From: an uncultured Candidatus Saccharibacteria bacterium
Lineage (GTDB): Bacteria > Patescibacteriota > Minisyncoccia > Phycocordibacterales > UBA2100
Reading direction: 5' to 3'
DNA length: 59,301 nt
Assembly (NCBI GenBank): GCA_964398775.1
Contig: CAYNND010000004.1
Location: 1-59,301 of the forward strand
The position numbers were made by a program, and so were the translations under genes. The notes under the pieces were generated by a model. That model made no database searches. It saw only the letters and a program-made list of their open reading frames with translations, and had not been told where the DNA came from. Position 1 is the first letter of the stretch, and each line of letters begins with the position of its first letter. This document shows positions 54,426-59,301 of this stretch, in pieces.

Positions 54426-55697
54426 ATGTCGTTTTTTACTACGTCGTTGAGAAAAATACGAACGTACACATCTATCCTTGGTCCCGGACTCACAACAGGT
54501 GCAGCTGATGATGATCCTTCAGGTATTACAACCTACTCGCAGGCAGCAGCACAGCATGGCTACACATCACTCTGGCTTGCAGCGTACACATTTCCATTCA
54601 TGGGAATGGTGCAGGAGTTTTGTGCGCGCATTGGTATTGTTACTCGGAAAGGGTTGGCAGCGAACATTCGAGCACAGTATGGGGTGGGCACACTCTCAGT
54701 ATTGTGTGTTCTTTTGTTTGCTGCGAACACACTGAATATAGCTGCTGATCTTGCAGCGATGGCGGCCGCTACTGCACTACTCTTCCCGTCGCAGAACCAA
54801 CTCTTCCTCATTGTTTTGTTTGGAATTCTCATAACTTTACTCGAAGTGCATTTGCCATATGAACGATATGCACGGGTCTTGAAATATCTTACACTCGCGT
54901 TGTTCTCATATGTGCTCACTGCGTTTGCAGTTGACATTGATTGGTTTACTGCGCTCTATCATGTTGTTGTGCCTACGTTTTCTTTTACAGCAGATTCGGT
55001 ACTTCTCCTCTGTGCTGTGCTTGGCACAACCATCTCGCCGTATCTTTTTTTCTGGCAGACTTCGCAGGAAGTTGAAGAACGGCACCAGCTTGCACGCGCA
55101 GAACACGCGCCACACCTTTCTGATGAGCCGTCGTTACTCTCAAAAATGCGTGTAGATGTCTGGAGCGGCATGGCTTTTTCAAATATCGTTATGTTCTTCA
55201 TCATGCTGACTTGCGCGGCAACTCTGCACCAGTACGGTATAACGCACATCACTACTGCCGAAACTGCCGCACAGGCTCTTCGCCCAATTGCAGGAGATTT
55301 TGCGTACCTACTTTTTACAGTAGGAATAGTTGGAACTGGCATGCTTGCGATACCTATCCTTGCAGGCTCATCAGCGTACGCATTTGCTGAGGCATACCGA
55401 TGGAGATATGGGCTCAATAAGACTTTTTCTGAGGCATACGCGTTTTATGGAGTCATTATCGTATCAATTTGCCTCGGCATTATGTGTAATGGCTTTGGTT
55501 TTGACCCAATGCATCTACTATTTTATGCCGCAGTCATGAACGGAATTATCGCGCCAGTAATCATATTTTTTATTGTGCGCATCGCGGCGAATTTACCTCG
55601 TCATAAAACCCCATGGTGGGGGACAATTGCTGGCTATGTACTCTTTCTGGTCATGTCATGTGTTGGGGTGGGGGCACTGCTTGCACTTTTCTTCTAA
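54426..55697 (+). CDS. NRAMP-family divalent metal transporter
   Basis: GPGLTTGAADDDPSGITTYSQAAAQHGY and an 11-TM layout. Confidence 0.85.
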   Translation: MSFFTTSLRKIRTYTSILGPGLTTGAADDDPSGITTYSQAAAQHGYTSLWLAAYTFPFMGMVQEFCARIGIVTRKGLAANIRAQYGVGTLSVLCVLLFAANTLNIAADLAAMAAATALLFPSQNQLFLIVLFGILITLLEVHLPYERYARVLKYLTLALFSYVLTAFAVDIDWFTALYHVVVPTFSFTADSVLLLCAVLGTTISPYLFFWQTSQEVEERHQLARAEHAPHLSDEPSLLSKMRVDVWSGMAFSNIVMFFIMLTCAATLHQYGITHITTAETAAQALRPIAGDFAYLLFTVGIVGTGMLAIPILAGSSAYAFAEAYRWRYGLNKTFSEAYAFYGVIIVSICLGIMCNGFGFDPMHLLFYAAVMNGIIAPVIIFFIVRIAANLPRHKTPWWGTIAGYVLFLVMSCVGVGALLALFF

Positions 55698-55748
55698 ACA
55701 TCCACAGGAGTAACTTCATTGTCGGAGTCTCGGTGGTATACTCCATGC

Positions 55749-56102
55749 ATGTCTACTCTATCTAACTATGAAAAAGATATCCGTCCATGGGGTCAGTACG
55801 AGCGATTTACACTAAACGAACTAACAACAGTAAAGCTCATACAGGTAAATCCTGGCGAGGTCTTAAGTTTACAGACTCACAGTAAGCGGGAAGAATTTTG
55901 GCGGACTATTTCAGGGAAGGGAATTGCATCCGTTGATGGCGTTGATATTGAACTCACCGCAGGTGTTGAAGTGCGTATCCCGCTCGGGGCAAAGCATCGA
56001 GTACAGGCAACGACAGAGCAACTCCTTTTTCTTGAAATTGCGTTCGGTGAATTTGATGAAAAAGATATCGTCCGTTTAGAAGACAAATACGGTAGAAAGT
56101 AA
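55749..56102 (+). CDS. Cupin domain protein (type II phosphomannose isomerase C-terminal-like)
   Basis: RPWGQYERFTLNE...KLIQVNPGEVLSLQTHSKREEFWRTISGKG. ATG at 55749 (TTG alternative at 55719). Confidence 0.7.
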   Translation: MSTLSNYEKDIRPWGQYERFTLNELTTVKLIQVNPGEVLSLQTHSKREEFWRTISGKGIASVDGVDIELTAGVEVRIPLGAKHRVQATTEQLLFLEIAFGEFDEKDIVRLEDKYGRK

Positions 56103-56103
56103 T

Positions 56104-57270
56104 ATGGAAGTGCTGTGGCTTCTACTTCCCATAGCAATTGTCTTTATCCTCTTTTTTACAGGGGTACTCCATAGAAAGCCGATTTCGAAGGATGCACCCA
56201 TTGCAACAGGCGAACCAAGTCCTGAATCATTTCAAAAAGGTATACAACTCGAGCGCTCGAAGAAGAACCCACTCATCGCACCTCATCCACACAATAGCTG
56301 GGAGACACATGCAGTCTTTAACCCTGCGGTAATGGTGCATGATGGTGTCGTACACATGCTCTACCGAGCGATGGGTCACGATGGTGTTTCGCGCGTTGGC
56401 TACGCAACAAGTGCTGACGGTATTCACTTTACTCGGCACTACAATCGTCCAGTGTTTGTTCCGCAGCTCGGTAAAGGTATTCCACTTAAAAAAAGCAGAC
56501 TGTCTCGTTTTTTCACTAGAAAGAAGAATGCATCCGGTGGTGGTTGGGCGGGTTGTGAGGATCCACGCATTGTGCAAATCGGTGACATGTTCTACATGAC
56601 GTACGTTGCCTTTGATGGATGGGGCTTCATACGTATGGCTATGACAAGTTTGTCCGAGGCTGATTTTCGTGCGCATCAGTGGAATTGGTCGCCGTCAGTT
56701 CTGCTGTCTCCACCTGATGAAATACACAAAAACTGGCTGCTGTTTCCTGAAAAAATACAAGGCAAGTTTGCAATCGTGCATAGTATTCATCCGAAGATGG
56801 AAATCGAGTACGTTGATTCGCTCGACGAGTTTGATGGTGAGCGATTCATTAAGAGTGGATATAATCGAGGGATCAAGACAAAGGGGCGATGGGATACTTG
56901 GGTACGCGGCGCTGGACCTCCTCCGGTTAAAACTGATGACGGTTGGCTTGTGCTCTACCATGGTATTCAAGAAGGTGAGACACATAAGTACAAACTCGGG
57001 GCTATGTTGCTTGATTTGAACGACCCAACGAAGGTACTTGGTAGATTGCAGTACCCACTCCTTGAGCCAGATACCTGGTATGAAAACCATGGCAAGCCAG
57101 GTATTGTCTACGCAAGTGGTGCTATCGTTTTGCGCGATACGCTCTATGTCTACTACGGGGCAGGAGATACAAGTGTCTGTGTTGGTACGATTCCGCTTAA
57201 GACACTCTGTGATGCCATACGAAATGGAACCGATTTACCAAAGAGCTCACTGAAAGCTGAAATTACATAA
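56104..57270 (+). CDS. Membrane-anchored GH130-family glycoside phosphorylase/hydrolase
   Basis: N-terminal TM, then NSWETHAVFNPAVMVHDGVVHMLYRAMG and GCEDPRIVQIGDMFYMTYVAF, typical of GH130 (DUF377). Confidence 0.75.
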   Translation: MEVLWLLLPIAIVFILFFTGVLHRKPISKDAPIATGEPSPESFQKGIQLERSKKNPLIAPHPHNSWETHAVFNPAVMVHDGVVHMLYRAMGHDGVSRVGYATSADGIHFTRHYNRPVFVPQLGKGIPLKKSRLSRFFTRKKNASGGGWAGCEDPRIVQIGDMFYMTYVAFDGWGFIRMAMTSLSEADFRAHQWNWSPSVLLSPPDEIHKNWLLFPEKIQGKFAIVHSIHPKMEIEYVDSLDEFDGERFIKSGYNRGIKTKGRWDTWVRGAGPPPVKTDDGWLVLYHGIQEGETHKYKLGAMLLDLNDPTKVLGRLQYPLLEPDTWYENHGKPGIVYASGAIVLRDTLYVYYGAGDTSVCVGTIPLKTLCDAIRNGTDLPKSSLKAEIT

Positions 57271-57280
57271 TTTTTTGTAT

Positions 57281-59203
57281 ATGTATACCGTACGACGTTC
57301 ACCGAAAAATCCAATACTTGTCCCATCGCCTGAGCGGCATTGGGAGCTTGTCGCGTTTAACCCATCACCGTATGTACTCAACGGAAAGGTAGAATTGCTC
57401 TATCGCGCACAGGGAAGACCTGACAAAATGCTTAATCCTCCAACAGCACTTTCTATCATTGGTCGTGCAGCGCAAACTCAAGAAGATCATTTTGAAGAAC
57501 GTGAACCATTTGTTGTTCCGACTGAGAGCTGGGACAAGTATGGATGTGAAGACCCACGCGTTACTTTCTTTGAAGGGAGATACTATACCTTTTATACAGC
57601 GCTTGGCGGCATTCCATTTGGGCCAGATAACATAAAGGTTGCGTGTGCGGTTTCAGATGATATGCGAACTATTGCAGAGAAACATCTCGTCACACCGTTC
57701 AACGCAAAGGCGATGGCACTCTTTCCTGAGCGTGTACACGGGAAAGTTACTGTCATCTTTGCCGCACATACTGATGACAAGCCGATACGCCTCGCGATAG
57801 CGCAGGCAGATGCAATTACTGATTTCTGGAAACCAGAGTTTTGGGAAGAATGGCACACTCGACTTGATGAATATTCAATTGAATTGCGACGCAATCAAGA
57901 TGACTTCGTTGAAATCGGTGCAGTACCCCTGAAGACGAAAGAAGGGTGGCTCCTTGTGTACTCATACATTACTGATTATCTCAAAGGCGACTCCCGCACT
58001 TTTGGTATTGAAGCACTGCTGCTTGATAGCGAAAATCCATACTTACTTGCCGCCCGAACAAATGAACCTTTCCTCGTACCTGAAATGCAGTACGAAGGTT
58101 TCGGAATCGTCGGGCGCGTCGCGTTTCCAAGCGGGGCACTTATCGAGGGTGATAGGCTTGACGTGTACTACGGTGGTGCAGATACAGTCTGCTGCAAGGC
58201 ATCACTGCACCTCCCGCACTTAATGCAGGCAATGCTCACCGACCTCGAAGAGATTCATGTACAGCGCTACGAGGGTAATCCAACACTCGTTGCTATCCCA
58301 GAGCATCCATGGGAATCTCGTCTTGCCTTTAATCCTACCGCAGTTGATATCGATGGTACTGCTTACATAGTCTATCGAGCGATGGGCGCTGACAACACAT
58401 CGGTCATGGGGCTTGCTGTCAGTAAGAACGGCATCACCATCGATGAGCGTCTGCCAGAACCTATCTATATTCCACGAAAAGAATTTGAATTAAAGCATGG
58501 TTCACCAACGGGAAACTCAGGCTGCGAAGACCCACGCCTGACGCGTATGAGAGATACGCTCTATATGACATACACCGCGTATGAAGGAGTCGGTAATACT
58601 CGTGTTGCGCTCACCACAATTTCTATCGGCGATTTTGTCGCTCGACGTTTTGAAAAGTGGAGTGAACCGATTCTTATCACACCACCTGGAATCGACGAAA
58701 AAGATGTCTGTATTTTCCCTGAGAAGATTCGCGATAAATACATATTCTTGCATCGTGTCTCGCCAATGATTTGTATTACAGAGTCAGAAGATGAGCATTT
58801 TAATGCTGAGACAATCAATCGATGTCTTGAGCTTATCGGTCCGCGCCCAGGATCATGGGAGAGTGAGAAAGTGGGGATTGCGGGGACGCCGATGAAGACC
58901 GACAAAGGCTGGTTACTTATCTACCATGCAGTCTCACATGAAAAACACTACTCTCTTGGCGCAGCGTTACTCGACCTGCAAGACCCAACTAAAGTATTGG
59001 GAAGGACTATCGAACCAATCCTCTCTCCACGCAGAGAATATGAACTAGTCGGGGAAATACCGAACGTTGTATTTAGCTGTGGGCACATCATACGAGAAGA
59101 CACTCTATACATCTACTACGGTGGAGCTGATACCGTGACTGGTGTTGCTACCTGCTCGCTCTCGTGGCTCCTTGATATCTTGCAGCCAAAGTCGCTACAA
59201 TGA
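57281..59203 (+). CDS. Tandem double GH130-domain protein
   Basis: Two complete GH130-like halves: NPILVPSPERHWELVAFNP...GCEDPRVTFFEGRYYTFYTAL and NPTLVAIPEHPWESRLAFNP...GCEDPRLTRMRDTLYMTYTAY. A TTG at 57275 is an alternative start. Confidence 0.75.
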   Translation: MYTVRRSPKNPILVPSPERHWELVAFNPSPYVLNGKVELLYRAQGRPDKMLNPPTALSIIGRAAQTQEDHFEEREPFVVPTESWDKYGCEDPRVTFFEGRYYTFYTALGGIPFGPDNIKVACAVSDDMRTIAEKHLVTPFNAKAMALFPERVHGKVTVIFAAHTDDKPIRLAIAQADAITDFWKPEFWEEWHTRLDEYSIELRRNQDDFVEIGAVPLKTKEGWLLVYSYITDYLKGDSRTFGIEALLLDSENPYLLAARTNEPFLVPEMQYEGFGIVGRVAFPSGALIEGDRLDVYYGGADTVCCKASLHLPHLMQAMLTDLEEIHVQRYEGNPTLVAIPEHPWESRLAFNPTAVDIDGTAYIVYRAMGADNTSVMGLAVSKNGITIDERLPEPIYIPRKEFELKHGSPTGNSGCEDPRLTRMRDTLYMTYTAYEGVGNTRVALTTISIGDFVARRFEKWSEPILITPPGIDEKDVCIFPEKIRDKYIFLHRVSPMICITESEDEHFNAETINRCLELIGPRPGSWESEKVGIAGTPMKTDKGWLLIYHAVSHEKHYSLGAALLDLQDPTKVLGRTIEPILSPRREYELVGEIPNVVFSCGHIIREDTLYIYYGGADTVTGVATCSLSWLLDILQPKSLQ

Positions 59204-59301
59204 GAGCAATCATTGACTTTTAATGAAAGTATTATATAGTTCAACCGTTCGATTATATCTATCTCTCGTCTGACAAGCAGTAGACCTCGGTGTTTGCTAG
59301 A

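Noticed and set aside
1-59301. Alternative genetic code (UGA reassignment, as in some candidate phyla).
   Set aside because: TGA closes well-supported genes and forms ATGA stop/start overlaps (4780-4783, 10157-10160, 32769-32772). All conserved proteins translate full-length with code 11.

Overview
This is a gene-dense bacterial window using the standard code. TGA acts as a stop, for example in the ATGA stop/start overlaps at 4780-4783 and 10157-10160. All product calls come from motif recognition in the supplied translations; no database search was run.

Main content:
- A complete monoderm-style type IV pilus/competence cluster (27.1-40.0 kb): comFC, pilM/N/O, pilB, a REC domain, pilT, pilC, two pilins, pilD and four minor pilins. 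No secretin is present.
- A partial purine operon (purL with an N-terminal extension, then purQ, purK, purE, purM, purC), abutting the pilus cluster.
- ligA-gatC-gatA, recG, ribE-ribH and glnA-amt.
- An NRAMP transporter followed by a cupin and three GH130 domains.
- A family of secreted PKD plus peptidoglycan-binding proteins.
- Many small conserved-unknown genes.

The partial pathways, the pilus/competence set, the wall-binding surface proteins and the tRNA genes without encoded CCA suggest a reduced-genome organism, possibly CPR/Patescibacteria-like. That placement is inference only.

The most unusual signal is non-coding. Each of the five tRNA genes is followed by a hairpin or terminator, then an inverted copy of that tRNA's own T-arm/3' end, then a direct partial copy of the same 3' end. 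The trailers also share short strings between loci. Two of the tRNAs are themselves odd: a Ser-type tRNA with an ACU anticodon, and a CAU tRNA lacking canonical D- and T-loop residues.

Other notable items:
- A duplicated two-gene envelope module whose wall-binding domain differs between copies.
- A Kazal-PKD protein with an extreme Tyr/Asn/Pro-rich tail.
- A Met-rich DUF305 locus.
- A Fic protein with an altered motif.
- An A/T-rich HNH nuclease islet next to tRNA-Asp.

No CRISPR array, rRNA or clear transposase was seen.
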